Assembly: GCA_963765895.1 (NCBI GenBank)
Contig: CAVXZB010000019.1
Coordinates: 64,001 to 128,000 of the forward strand
Direction of reading: 5' to 3'
DNA: 64,000 bases
From: an uncultured Nitrososphaeraceae archaeon
GTDB lineage: Archaea > Thermoproteota > Nitrososphaeria > Nitrososphaerales > Nitrososphaeraceae
The notes under the pieces are model-generated. The model had not been told where the DNA came from, did no database searches, and saw only the letters and a program-made list of their open reading frames with translations. This document shows, one piece after another, positions 1 to 11,470 of the stretch; position 1 is the stretch's first letter; every line of letters starts with the position of its first letter. The position numbers and the translations under genes are program-made.

Positions 1-179
1 TATCATTATGTATTTTGATAAGGTTACATCCTTAACTTGATAATTCATGTAATTTTACTCCTTGTTTCATTACTAGCTACTGTATAGTGTGTTGTGTTGT
101 ATTGCGTCTCAACGCTTATCTATTACGAATATTATTATTTATCCACTATGGATAGAAAGCATATGGTAGAGGTAGGGGC

Positions 180-1151
180 ATGGTAGACATTATTTATGGC
201 CGTGGCATAACTGACATTATTCATGAATTACCATATCATGTTAGTTTATTCAAAAAATATGTTTCAATTAGATTGTTTAAGGCAAAACCGGCTATTTACG
301 GCTCGGTAGACGTTAACAATGTCTGTAATTTACATTGTAGTCATTGCTACTGGTGGTTGAATAGAAAAAATGATTCAGAAGACCTAAGCGCACAGGATTG
401 GAGAATAATAATTAAAAATACATTTAAAAAACAACAAATATTTGTCGTTACACTGGTGGGAGGCGAGCCAACTATGCGTCCAGATATTATAGAGGCTTTC
501 TGCGAGGAAATGCCAAGAAGAATATGTGTTGTAACAAATGGAACATTCCCTCTAAGACGATTTGAAAAATTATATTTCTACTGGATTTCCCTAGATGGTA
601 CCGAAGAGATCCACGATAAAATTAGAGGAAAGGGATCTTATTCAACAACCAAACAAAATATCCTAAACTATATTTCATCAGGCCCAGAGCGTAATGGTAA
701 GCCGCTATGGAAAGACATTTGGATCACTATGACTATTAATACCCTAAATTATTCTAGTGTTGAAGACCTAGTAAATGAGTGGAGTGGTAAGATAAACAAG
801 ATAGGCTTCCAGTTCCATACACCCTTCATAAAGGGAGATCCATTGTGGTTGCCATTTGGAGAGATTCGAAATCATGTGGTAGATAAGCTTATTGATTTGA
901 GGAAAAAATATCCATCATTTGTTATCAATGGAGAGAAACAATTAAGGTTAATGAAAGGCAATTGGGGAGGGCGTGGTACAACACCAGTAGATTGTCCTTC
1001 CTGGGCTATACTTTCATTGGATCATATGGGAAGGATAAAGCAGCCATGTTGTATAGGAAGTGCTGACAACAAGGGATTGAAACCTATATGCGAGCAGTGT
1101 GGCCTTGGCTGTTATTCTATATTTGTTGCACAAGGGATCAAGGGGGCATGA
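180..1151 (+). CDS. Radical SAM protein with Cys-rich C-terminal (SPASM/twitch-like) region
   Basis: CNLHCSHC (CxxxCxxC), GGEP, VTNG and ISLDG motifs; C-terminal C...CC...CxxCxxxC. Confidence 0.9.
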   Translation: MVDIIYGRGITDIIHELPYHVSLFKKYVSIRLFKAKPAIYGSVDVNNVCNLHCSHCYWWLNRKNDSEDLSAQDWRIIIKNTFKKQQIFVVTLVGGEPTMRPDIIEAFCEEMPRRICVVTNGTFPLRRFEKLYFYWISLDGTEEIHDKIRGKGSYSTTKQNILNYISSGPERNGKPLWKDIWITMTINTLNYSSVEDLVNEWSGKINKIGFQFHTPFIKGDPLWLPFGEIRNHVVDKLIDLRKKYPSFVINGEKQLRLMKGNWGGRGTTPVDCPSWAILSLDHMGRIKQPCCIGSADNKGLKPICEQCGLGCYSIFVAQGIKGA

Positions 1152-1949
1152 GAAAATCTAGTCCGGGCTCATCTGGGTATATCTGTATGAAACATACTAT
1201 AGTACCAAAGCTGATAATGGGCAACAAGAGATAAAGCAGCGAAATATAGAGCTTTGGTCTAACGTATATGAAACAGAATTTGCTCTTTGTTTACCTATAC
1301 TTGTTTACCTGTACTGATTCTGCAGGTGTCATTAAGCCAGAAGAATTATTATTCCTTGCCAGAACAGAGCGTAATACAAGTGTACCTGCGTGACTGTCAA
1401 ATCCGATTAACTTGATGATTTAAGAAGGGTTGGAACTAACTCTAGGACATTTCATCGAATGATATTAAGATGCATTTCAACAGTTACCAGACGGCGTTTA
1501 GAAAAAATGTCGCTTATACAATATCACTTTTTATCAATCCGCTTCAAAAATTCTTTTCAATGAGACAATGATAATGAACCAGACCAATTACAATCAAGGA
1601 ACGAAAATAGGCAATTATGACTTGAGTTTTGAAGATGTTAGAGAGAAAAGGCCATGGGCAGAAGTGACATCATTTGGGACATTATAACCAGCTACATGCT
1701 AGAATAATAATAGCGCCGTTCTAAAGAAATAAAAGATAGTGTAGGCACACAATATTAGTTTAAACGCACTGTGCACATTTTTGTTTTCTGTTCTTAGCTA
1801 TCGTAAAAATGCATCAATAATACAATGGTTCCTAAAATCTTTCCATTCGTTGATTCAATGGTCTGCATTGATATTCATGGTACATTAGAAATGCCATGAT
1901 ACTTGTACGACTATTGATCTTGTCGTATGTATGCATTTCATATTCTTTC

Positions 1950-3181
1950 CTATTTAACTGATGAAGCAGCAATCACAGGAGCAGTCTTCATTTTTACAAT
2001 CTGACTGTATAACTGACCATGCTGGGAAGCAATATTTTGCCAACTAAGTTCCGGCCTAAATTCGTCAACTGCTCTTTTGTATAGGATGTAGTCCTTGTCC
2101 AGATCTGCTAATGCCTTCGAAAAAGCCTCAGGATTGCGTTTTACAGTTATACCTAATCCTTTCCTGGCATATTCAATAAAAAAATCCAAGTTAGTTGCAA
2201 CGAATGGGAGGCCATGTGCCATGGCGTCAAACATTACCCCTGAACCGGAGCTGACCTTGTATGGAAGGATTACTGCATCAGCCGATGAAAATAGTAGTGA
2301 TAGTTCTTCTTCAGAAAGGAAATCCTTCTGCAAATCGATTATCCCATCTTTAGCAAGGTTCTTGCCACATCTTTCTATACCAAGATTGTTTGTTGAGGAG
2401 TTCACTACTATTGTCCATCCTGAAGGGACGTTCATTTTTTCTAATATATCCCATCCCTTGGTAACAGTAACAAAGCCTAATGCAAGTGCAATCCTATTTT
2501 CTTGTGGAAGATTAAAGACCTTTCTTGCTTCCATCTTTCCTTTCCCCAATGTCGAATTAGATTCTGCACCGTGGAGTATCACTTGTCCTCCTCCGATCAT
2601 CTTGGACATGTAATCAGAGAATACTATACTTGCTCACTTTTAGCGACCTTCTTCTTATTCAGATTATGAAAGGAATTATAATTAATTATCCTCTTCCAAT
2701 ATCTAATAATCGTACTATTTGAGTACTTTTTCAAAATGCTCAGTTTCGATGGAAGTTTCAAAGGAACAACCAAATTTAACCACTGTCTAATTGTATATGC
2801 AGAATGGAATGTGGTTACAATCGGTACTTTGCAACGATCATAAAGAGAATCTATGTTCGTACAAGTTTTTCGAGGATTTAACCCAGCTAACACTAATCCA
2901 TACATGCCCTGCTCATACTGAAGGTGGACTATATCAGGTCTGATTTTATCTACAAGTTGTAGTATGACATGGGAATCGTCAGTGTTAGATGGGGAAAGTC
3001 CAGAGAAATTGCCAGTATTACCTAATCTATTGCAAACAACTTGTACATCAAACCCTATTTTGCGTAGGGCAGTGGTCAGATTATGGGTATATCGTCCAAC
3101 CCCACCCTGCATAGGGGGATATTCTGTGCATACCATTAAAATGCGAGGAATTACGGTAGACCGTTCAAAATTTGTATTCAC
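1950..3181 (-). CDS. Glycosyltransferase family 4 (GT-B), split by one frameshift near 2635
   Basis: N-part ILMVCTEYPPMQGGVGRY and TTFH; C-part ADAVILPY..SSGSGVMFDAMAHGLPFVAT; shifting frame gives the continuous reading ASIVFSDYMSKM. Confidence 0.85.
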
Positions 3182-3272
3182 ATATTAAGAAATATATATA
3201 TCTTAATATAAGTCTATTCATATATCTATTACAATGGTTAAATACATTCTCAGATCATTATGTGATAGGTAA

Positions 3273-3437
3273 ATGCCTACAAAACACACAGTTACGATTA
3301 CAGCAATGGGGTCTAGCTCGATAATAGTTCTGCCGAAGCCTGTAGTAGATGGCTTTAATTTGGCAAAGGGCAGCAGGCTAGAAATGATAGTGAAAGACGA
3401 TGGAATCTACATTCCTCTTGGAAGAACAATAGGTTAG
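3273..3437 (+). CDS. Small AbrB/MazE/SpoVT-type DNA-binding protein (54 aa, not in ORF track)
   Basis: Manual translation MPTKHTVTITAMGSSSIIVLPKPVVDGFNLAKGSRLEMIVKDDGIYIPLGRTIG matches the swapped-hairpin pattern GxS..IxLPK....L.L..G..L. Confidence 0.75.
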   Translation: MPTKHTVTITAMGSSSIIVLPKPVVDGFNLAKGSRLEMIVKDDGIYIPLGRTIG

Positions 3438-5728
3438 GATGCTAAGTCCATTAACTAAGGGTAAGGGCAAAACGTAAGCTACATTGAATTAACCGATTCA
3501 ATTTGTTATCTTCTATCTGGTAGTCTCAGATTGAGCTTTCGAATGTCAGCCATATCCTTCTGCTATATCGACGGCAGATACGAGAAAGCCTAGGCTCTCT
3601 TTTACGAAATCTTATTACTACCAGAAAATCTCCGAATGCTTCTATTTGTAATTGTAATAGTTCATTTTCGAGTCTATAGTGCTTCGTAATGTCCTTATGG
3701 TTCTTGCTGACAATTGAATCTCCAACAACAATGTATTTACAGAATGCATCAAAAGCTTTGTAATGAGCCTTAAAAATATTAATAAATGCAGTATCGCCGA
3801 ACACTTGCTTGTCAAAGTTTTCTTTTCGTAGAATGACCTTCGTGTATTTTCTATCGTCAATCAATCAATGTGATTCCCGTCTTAACATTTGACTCCAGTA
3901 TCGGTAGTCATAATCTTGAGTTCAGATAATGAAGGATATTTACTTTTATCCCAGTTTCCAAAAGATAGTAATACCGAGACATTCCACGCCCTCTAGCTCT
4001 AATAATAGTCAACTTTATAAGAAATCAAAACCTTATCCCTTTGTCTAACGATAGCCAATAATTTACAGTTTGCTGGAAAACTAGTGAATGATTAATCGAT
4101 CTCGGCCAGCATATAGGTCCTATCTGTAGTAAGGTTTCAAATCATATTGGGATCTTTTTGTTTGTTCGCAAAAAAAGACCTCGCCATGTTCTTAACATCC
4201 ATCATGCATTATGACCTCGAACTCTGAATGAGAATCATTGCCGGCTTTCCAACATCGGTTAGTTATAATACATAAATCAAGTACAATGGGCCATAACTAT
4301 CACCAGTAATGGCTATGTCTAGCGACGTGGTCCAAGTTTCTCATTTGAACTAGTTATCGTGCTGAAATAAAATTTCTACTTTAGAAGTGCTTTTGATACG
4401 AAAATCACCGGCCAATTAGTAATCACTATGGCAGTACCTGTAGTATTCCACCCAATCCTGACCAACGACTGCATTGCGTTTGTATGGTGATTGCCATTAT
4501 TCACATTATCTTTGGGACCCCAAAACCATGTCAAATTTGATTCGCATCCCATCCGGCCAGATCAGGTTCAAATTAGAACATTGTATAATGTAAAATGGCT
4601 CTCATTTGATCCGGATTTTTATTTGAATGGAAAGGCTATAAAACTTGATTATACTTTACTATTGCAAGAACCCATTTTTAGTACCGATATTTTCCAAACC
4701 CCTCTGACTCAATCAATCTTTACACTTCATTAGGGCCAGAATTCATACGTCATCTGAGATAATATCATTTGGTTCTGATTGAGGAATTCCTACAGCAAAA
4801 TGACGACTCTATGTTAACCTTTATTGTTGCTGTAAGGCCGCCCTAAACCAAAAGGCAGCGGCCATAAAGGCTCAAAGTATTCTTATTTTTTAAATCTAGA
4901 AGAGTCCTCGACGATTGCCCAAGTGACTTAAGCAGTCTCTTATTAAAGCAAAACAAAATAGTCCATCGGCACAAGACAGTTATTTCGATTCATTATTTCC
5001 AACTCAAAAAATTAGGCAAGGTGAGATATTAGAATGGACTTTCCAAATTAGTATACAGCAGCGAAATTGGTTTATGAAATAAACGATTTACCATTAAACT
5101 TGATCAAATTAAGACGCGGAATGCCGAGTGCAAAACAAACAGTAAACGATCGAGCCCCAACAATTTCGAGAAAATCTGCTAAGTGTGGAATATGATTAAA
5201 ATGATAGTTGCTAGTGATTCAGTTGGAAATCGGCATTGCTAAATTTGTGGATATATTCATGGAAGCAAGGAAGATTATAGAGTTTACGATTATTATTGCC
5301 TGCAGCACAAACACTGGCTATCTGTACCAAAACCAGCATATTACATATGGCTTTGCCAAGCGTTTTATCTCAGCATGTAAAGACTGTAGTAAACAACAAT
5401 TTGAACGACTTGAAGTTAATCCAAGAGTTGTCACTATTTCCACGGAGGTTATTGCTTTTGAATCAATCTGCAAAGCTATCAAAAGGTCGAGTAATAACAT
5501 GCTATTAATTACGATGAAGTAGTTAGGAAAGCGTATCAAAACCTTGTGGTCGTCGACTTACAGAATAATTAACGATTTTCGAGTATCGGTTCGTATGATT
5601 CGATCATAATCAAGATAATCTACTGAGATAAGTGCGATCCCGATGTATTAACACCAAACGAACTTATGGAACGACTTATCACATAAAGCAAAACATATAG
5701 ATAATAAAAAAAACTGAATACTATAATA

Positions 5729-6253
5729 ATGCGAATAACAACAGATATGGCAAAAGCAATCAATGATCAAATTTCTTATGAAGCGTCCTCTGCAAATGCA
5801 TATATTGCAATCGGATCATGGTGTGAGAGAATAGGATACGACGGGAGTGCCGCCTTCTTCTTTGAACAAGCTGTAGAAGAAAATGGACATATGTTAAAGT
5901 TTATCCACTATCTTAATAGTGTTGAAGCAGAGGCAATGATTCCAGCAATTGAAAAACCTCCAAGTAATTTCGACTCCCTGGAATCTACTTTTCAATTTGG
6001 TCTAAATAGCGAGAAAACCGTAACCAAGTCCATTTATGATCTAGTTGACATGACTGAAAAGGAAAAAGATCGCTCTACCTACTTATTCTTGCAGTGGTTT
6101 ATAAGTGAACAAATAGAAGAGGAAACATTGTTTCACACGATTCTCCAAAAGTTTGATTTACTCGGAAGAGACAAGCTGGCAGTATATCAAATTGACCAAT
6201 CTCTGGCCTCAGTCAGATCTCAAGTTATGAGCAGGCAGACAGGTCAAAAATAA
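5729..6253 (+). CDS. ftnA: Non-heme ferritin
   Basis: NDQISYE, EENGH and FLQWFISEQIEEE ferroxidase motifs; 174 aa. Confidence 0.92.
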   Translation: MRITTDMAKAINDQISYEASSANAYIAIGSWCERIGYDGSAAFFFEQAVEENGHMLKFIHYLNSVEAEAMIPAIEKPPSNFDSLESTFQFGLNSEKTVTKSIYDLVDMTEKEKDRSTYLFLQWFISEQIEEETLFHTILQKFDLLGRDKLAVYQIDQSLASVRSQVMSRQTGQK

Positions 6254-6609
6254 CCTTCTATTAAACAGAAGGAATCTCATCTTTTATATTTATGAACAGT
6301 CTTAATATTTGAAAGGTATGTATTAATACCTCCAGCTTTAGTCAGTTAAGTTAGATTCACCATGCTAAAATTTTCTTCCGACAGTCTGACGAAGAACGGC
6401 TAGCAAATACTCTAGTCTCGAAGTTATGAAAGTGTAATATTCCTCTTGCTCATCAGCATACTAGCAGTTTTGCTCCTGTAACCAGTACATCTCCTGCCGC
6501 TTTCTCTTTACTTCACTATGACCCTTCCTACCATCCATGTATGTAACCCACATACATAGTTGTATGTACCAACATTTTGGAAAGTTACAGCAAAAGTGCT
6601 AGAAGTACC

Positions 6610-6961
6610 ATGAAAAAATAAATCTAGTAGGTCAATAACGGAACTAACCCTAGTCATCGCCGCCGCAACTGTAATTATACTTGGTGCTTCGAATGGTCAT
6701 GCGTCATTTGCTCAAGCAAATCCAAACAATTCAGCAGGTGTTGCAAAGAATATTGATGCAGGTATTTCTGCAATTAAAAATGGAGACAATAATGCAGCAA
6801 AGAAATCGTTACTACAAGCAGAGTCAGCCTTAGAAGGCAATGCCAAATTATCAGCTGCTGAAAAACATGTCGAATCATCACTTCAGGCCTTGAAAGATGG
6901 AGATACCAATGGAGCAATCAATCATGCTCAAGAAGCAAAGAGTGGCCTGAGCTCAGTTTAA
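6610..6961 (+). CDS. Secreted small helical protein (116 aa after removing one A from the A-run after the ATG; not in ORF track)
   Basis: MKNKSSRSITELTLVIAAATVIILGASNGHASFA|QANPNN...AAEKHVESSLQALKDGDTNGAINHAQEAKSGLSSV; signal peptide plus two similar helical hairpins. Confidence 0.7.
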
Positions 6962-7014
6962 TGTGATGGTCACTTTTTTGTTTGTTTGATAGTAATAGTG
7001 AATAAAAAAGAGGA

Positions 7015-7479
7015 GTGAGGTATTTGAAGAAAAATCAAAGGACTACAATAATTATTTACTCGCTTTCTGCAGTGCTCGTTGCTTCGGGAATTGCATACCT
7101 GCTAGTTACTAATAGTGAATATAGTGACTATAGAGATTTAGCTAGTGTAGGTATGAAGGGTAATGAAATTGCAGAGAAGCAATTTGAAATATCGTTCTTT
7201 ATTGTTGCGGCTGCTATCTACTTTGGACTATGCACATGGGTCTTAAAATCCAGAAATAACAGAAGAAAAAAAATACCGTATATTGCTTCGATTGCAGTAT
7301 CAGCTTTCTTAATAGTAGCTTATATAGCATCAAGAACAGTAGGAGTACCGATTGTTGGAGTGGAATATTACGTTGGACGTCTGGATATTCTTACCAAAAT
7401 CCTTCAAGGCATGGTAATTGGATTATCCTGTGTTGCCATCACCAATATGAAAAAACAAGAGTATAGCCGCAGAAAATAG
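7015..7479 (+). CDS. Hypothetical membrane protein (about 4 TM helices)
   Basis: Four hydrophobic segments; YIASRTVGVP motif. Confidence 0.75.
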   Translation: MRYLKKNQRTTIIIYSLSAVLVASGIAYLLVTNSEYSDYRDLASVGMKGNEIAEKQFEISFFIVAAAIYFGLCTWVLKSRNNRRKKIPYIASIAVSAFLIVAYIASRTVGVPIVGVEYYVGRLDILTKILQGMVIGLSCVAITNMKKQEYSRRK

Positions 7480-7673
7480 ATCAACTATTAGAACCAATAA
7501 GTAAAAGCCGGAGCTTTAGTTTCAATCGTACTTTCTTCAGCATTTATCTTTATATTTTTTGCTTCTTTATCCATATACCTCATACAGCCGTTATCAGGAC
7601 TATAAAAGAACAAGCAAGATAGCCTGTATCATTTCTTATTAAACAGCATCAGATAATGTAGGACTTTAATAGG

Positions 7674-7856
7674 ATGAATACTAAATACATTCAATATAAA
7701 ATGAAGCCAATAGAAACCATATTTTGGTTAGGTACAGCTGGCGTGTTGTATATGGCTGCTAATAACATTGTAAAAAATGTAGCGAAGGACGTAGCAAAGG
7801 ATGTGTTCAAAGAAACCATGAAGCATAGCGACCATAGCCGTTGCATTTGGTGGTAA
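7674..7856 (+). CDS. Small hypothetical protein with one hydrophobic segment
   Basis: 60-aa ORF with IFWLGTAGVLYMAA. Confidence 0.4.
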   Translation: MNTKYIQYKMKPIETIFWLGTAGVLYMAANNIVKNVAKDVAKDVFKETMKHSDHSRCIWW

Positions 7857-8339
7857 TAGGCAATCAGTCATCAATACCCTGAGCATAATTACTCTCTAGA
7901 GAACCACACTATTTTCATTTAATGGATATTAACCGACTGACTTTCTACGATAGCCGTAAATATGGGGTACTTTGCTCTTAGCTCGTCAGCCTTTTCCTTA
8001 ACTCTCTGATCACTATCTTCTTCCCCTGAAACGCTCATGAATTAAAGACTCTCACCGCAGTAGTTTAACATTGTCAGAATATCCGATAAGCCTTTATTTT
8101 GTACTCGAATATTATTAGCATAACTATGTTAGCAGGAAGCAGATCTATCAGCCTGATATAGAATCAATAAAATGGTCGGTTATAGATAATATCGCTTCTT
8201 AGTATAATGATGGTACCAATAACCCATCAAACGTGCCACCCCTTTTTTAAAAGAAAATAATATTTATCAGCTTGCGTTGATATCTAGATAAAGTCCTACC
8301 AATTTCTTCATTCATTTTATATTAATTTATGGATTTTAT

Positions 8340-9296
8340 GGCTCTGTAGAAACCATGTTCTGAATACCGTTAGAGCTTTCTAGACGTATGATCCAATATG
8401 GATGTTGAAAGAATCAAGATATGTTAGGCTGGCTAATACTATGTACCGTGTCTTGAGAAATTCAAGGATACCATTGTTTCTTCACAGAAAGAGCAATCAT
8501 GCATTTACGATATGGCAGCATTTAGTATTACTTACAATAAGACAGTACGAAGGTAAGAGTTATAGGATGTTTGTCGAGTGGTTAGTCGAGGCACATTACC
8601 TTAGATCGTACCTACGATTGTCACGTATTCCTCATTTTACAACATTGCAAAAGTTTACAGACAGACAGAATTAGCAATTCACTGCTTGAGAAGATAATTT
8701 CGTCATTCATTGTAATTAGCTGTACGAAGCATATCTTTGTAGGAATAGATTCAACAGGATTTAAAATAACTCATGCTTCACAGTATTATGATGAACGAAT
8801 AGAAGCAAGAAGAAAATATGCGAAATTATCTATTAGAGCCGATGTATTACAACAGATTATCTGCAACATAAGGATAAGACGAGCTCCTACAAGACATGAT
8901 AATGTAGATTTCAAGCCAATCATAACAAGGACGTCAAATATCCCTTCCACTATCCGTAGTTACAGCTGATAAGGGATATGATAATGAAGATAATCATCAG
9001 TTGGTAAGAGAAACCTTGCATGCATTCAGTGTTATTCCAGCTCGATATGAACATGTACCGATATGGAGAACACATGGCAGATATAGAAAGCAGATGAAAC
9101 GTGGATATAACGAACTATTGTACAATCAACGAAACAAGGATGAGACCATAATGTCTGTCATAAAACGACTATTTGGAGAATATATTTCTTCAAGGCTAGT
9201 AAAAACACAGAACAGGGAACTATCATTCAGATGCATAGCCTATAACATGCACAGGCTAACGAATATTGTCATTTTTGTGATGATTTCTACATGGCC
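8340..9296 (+). mobile_element. IS5-family (ISH1-group-like) insertion sequence, copy 1, 957 bp, transposase frameshifted twice
   Basis: Imperfect TIRs GGCTCTGTAGAAAC / GGCCATGTAGAAAT; PHFTTLQKF, GIDSTGF, ADKGYD and YNQRNKDET motifs; flanks gattttat / gattttac. Confidence 0.92.
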
Positions 9297-9324
9297 GATT
9301 TTACATAAAAGTCTTAATAAATAG
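8402..9324 (+). pseudogene. IS5-family DDE transposase, disrupted
   Basis: 4-bp duplication (acagacagacag, ~8660) and an extra C (~8942) split the frame into three pieces. Confidence 0.88.
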
Positions 9325-9362
9325 ATAGCAAAACTTAATGGCAATGCGTAAGGATATAGGAT

Positions 9363-9755
9363 ATGTCAGATACTCAAAACAAGAATATAGTTAGAAAGTT
9401 CGTCGAAGAAATATTTAATGCCAGGAAAACAGAGTTGGCAAAGGACTTCGTTACACCTGATATAGTTTACCATGGTATGGGTGAAGAGGTTAGTGGTCTA
9501 GAGAATTTCAAACAGTGGGTGGCCGAAGATCTATCCGCATTTCCAGATATGAAGATAACAATACTAGATGAATTTGGAGAAGGAGACAAAATTGCCATTA
9601 GGTGGAGCTTAAACGCTACACATGAAAAAGACTTTGCTGATTTCCCTGCCACTCATAAGAAGTTTGAAGCCCAAGGAGCGGATATCATTCATTTTAAGGG
9701 AGACAAAATAAAGGAGGCATGGACTGTAAGTGACCTGTCTGTGTTGACCAAGTAA
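9363..9755 (+). CDS. SnoaL-like ester cyclase (NTF2 fold)
   Basis: NKNIVRKFVEE, AFPDMKITI..EGDKIAIRW..TH and FKGDKIKEAW motifs. Confidence 0.9.
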   Translation: MSDTQNKNIVRKFVEEIFNARKTELAKDFVTPDIVYHGMGEEVSGLENFKQWVAEDLSAFPDMKITILDEFGEGDKIAIRWSLNATHEKDFADFPATHKKFEAQGADIIHFKGDKIKEAWTVSDLSVLTK

Positions 9756-10617
9756 TCATAATTTGGAGTAAACTCCCTATTATCATTATTATTGATATAG
9801 TAGAACCAACTCCTAACCATCCATGCAAATTCCACTCTAGCCGTTATTGCCCTTATCATTCTAATTTCTATAGTCGTGGGCAAGGTTCAACACATGTCTG
9901 GATTAGTAATAGATATTTAGCCTTTCATTGGTTAATCTGTCCGCCTTAGAAATTGCCGTACTGTTTAAAGATGAATATTCTAAAAAAGAAGTCACTCTAT
10001 AACTTTATGGATGTTACAAAATTATAGTTTCGATTAGTGCATCTTTTACATTGATTGTTAATGTGAACCTATGTCTCAGTTCAATTACTTAATAAAGCAG
10101 CTATTCAATTGTAATTGATGTCATATGACAAACTGGCATGAAAGCCCATTAATGATAGTTAAAAGTGCAGATCCGTCAAAAAATGATGGTGCGAGCCTAA
10201 AGAAAATGCTTGCTGAAATGGAAGCTCTTTTCAGCTAATGGTGGATATTCTCTAAAATCTGTGACGGAATGCAATGGTCAGATCTTTGTATTTCTGATTA
10301 ACGATTCAGAACTGAAAAGGTCCGAAAAAGAACAGCTATAAAAATGACAACAACATAGGCAAAAACTTAAATTTACCGTAATTTACCACCCTTCAACAAA
10401 TCATTTACGTTTTATTCATACCAAGAATCCTTATTACTATAGATTTAAGATTATCTATTTCATAGTGGTCGAAAGGATACGAAAAAATATCATAAACATA
10501 AGAACATAAACGGCATTCCTTCTGCTTATACTCCTAATAAATCCAGCAGGTAAAAATTCCCAAAAAAGTTATTTTAATAATCAAACCGATAATAAGGAGA
10601 ATAATAGATATATAGAC

Positions 10618-11259
10618 ATGAGCATGGGACTAGGAAAAGACAAGAAAAAACTAAATAATAAAACGAAGGATCAAAAGGAAGAGAAGAGGCCATCAGCAAA
10701 GGAAGCAGTCACTCCCGCACCACAACCACTTCAAACAGAAGTATTTAATTCATCTAGTGATAATGCCATGTCAGAAATGAAAGAAGTAGCAGATATGGGA
10801 TCAGATGAGACGACCAAGGTATTCCACGAGGTGGAAGGGACAGAACCACTAGATCCCTTGACCACAAATATTAATGATAGTATTAAAAAAACCGATTCTG
10901 ACCTCACCACACTTTCTCCCATGGCTGAGCCAAGCCTACAAGAAAAAGATCCTCGTCTAATAGAATCAAACGAAGTTGGCATGGCACCTAAGCAGGAGGC
11001 AAAATCAGAAGTCCCTGAAGTTGAAAATGAATCAGCAGGACAAAATTATTTAGATGAACCTGCTACGGTTAATAGCGGGAATAATATATTCTACTCTGAT
11101 TCTTCTAACAGTGATATTTATAATCCATTCATTATAGGAATAAAATTTTGGCAAGCCTGTAGCATAGCCTGGATCAACGCATACGGTGGATTTTTGAAAG
11201 CTTGGCTTGACAATATTAAACTAATTGGAATACCATATGAAAAAAATGACCCACTATAG
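10618..11259 (+). CDS. Hypothetical protein: acidic disordered body with Trp-rich amphipathic C-terminal helix
   Basis: 213-aa ORF; C-terminal FIIGIKFWQACSIAWINAYGGFLKAWLDNIK. Confidence 0.7.
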   Translation: MSMGLGKDKKKLNNKTKDQKEEKRPSAKEAVTPAPQPLQTEVFNSSSDNAMSEMKEVADMGSDETTKVFHEVEGTEPLDPLTTNINDSIKKTDSDLTTLSPMAEPSLQEKDPRLIESNEVGMAPKQEAKSEVPEVENESAGQNYLDEPATVNSGNNIFYSDSSNSDIYNPFIIGIKFWQACSIAWINAYGGFLKAWLDNIKLIGIPYEKNDPL

Positions 11260-11470
11260 AATGCTGTCGAGGAATTAAACTGGAAAACCACTTATCTCTA
11301 GTTGCAACGTCAATGAATGAAATTGGAGAAATATTCCGAGTTTCAATCCAAGAATATTTATAAAATAACAATATTACCTAATCATAAGGAACCTAAAAAT
11401 AAGTTTTACCTACGAGGTTCAGGCACTGGAAAAAGCGGCAGGCTTACTAGTTTTTATCAAAAGTTAATCA

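Noticed and set aside
2095-2613. Long antisense ORFs (also 37661-38278 and 62259-62672)
   Set aside because: They are shadows of well-supported genes on the opposite strand
3526-5539. ORFs 3526-3864, 4491-4733 and 5208-5522 as a defence gene (DUF262/ParB-like fragments)
   Set aside because: Only faint motif resemblance among many stops; probably decayed sequence, and no family can be supported
7919-8038. 39-aa minus-strand ORF resembling an OsmC C-terminus
   Set aside because: Too short, lacks the catalytic Cys and has an in-frame stop just upstream
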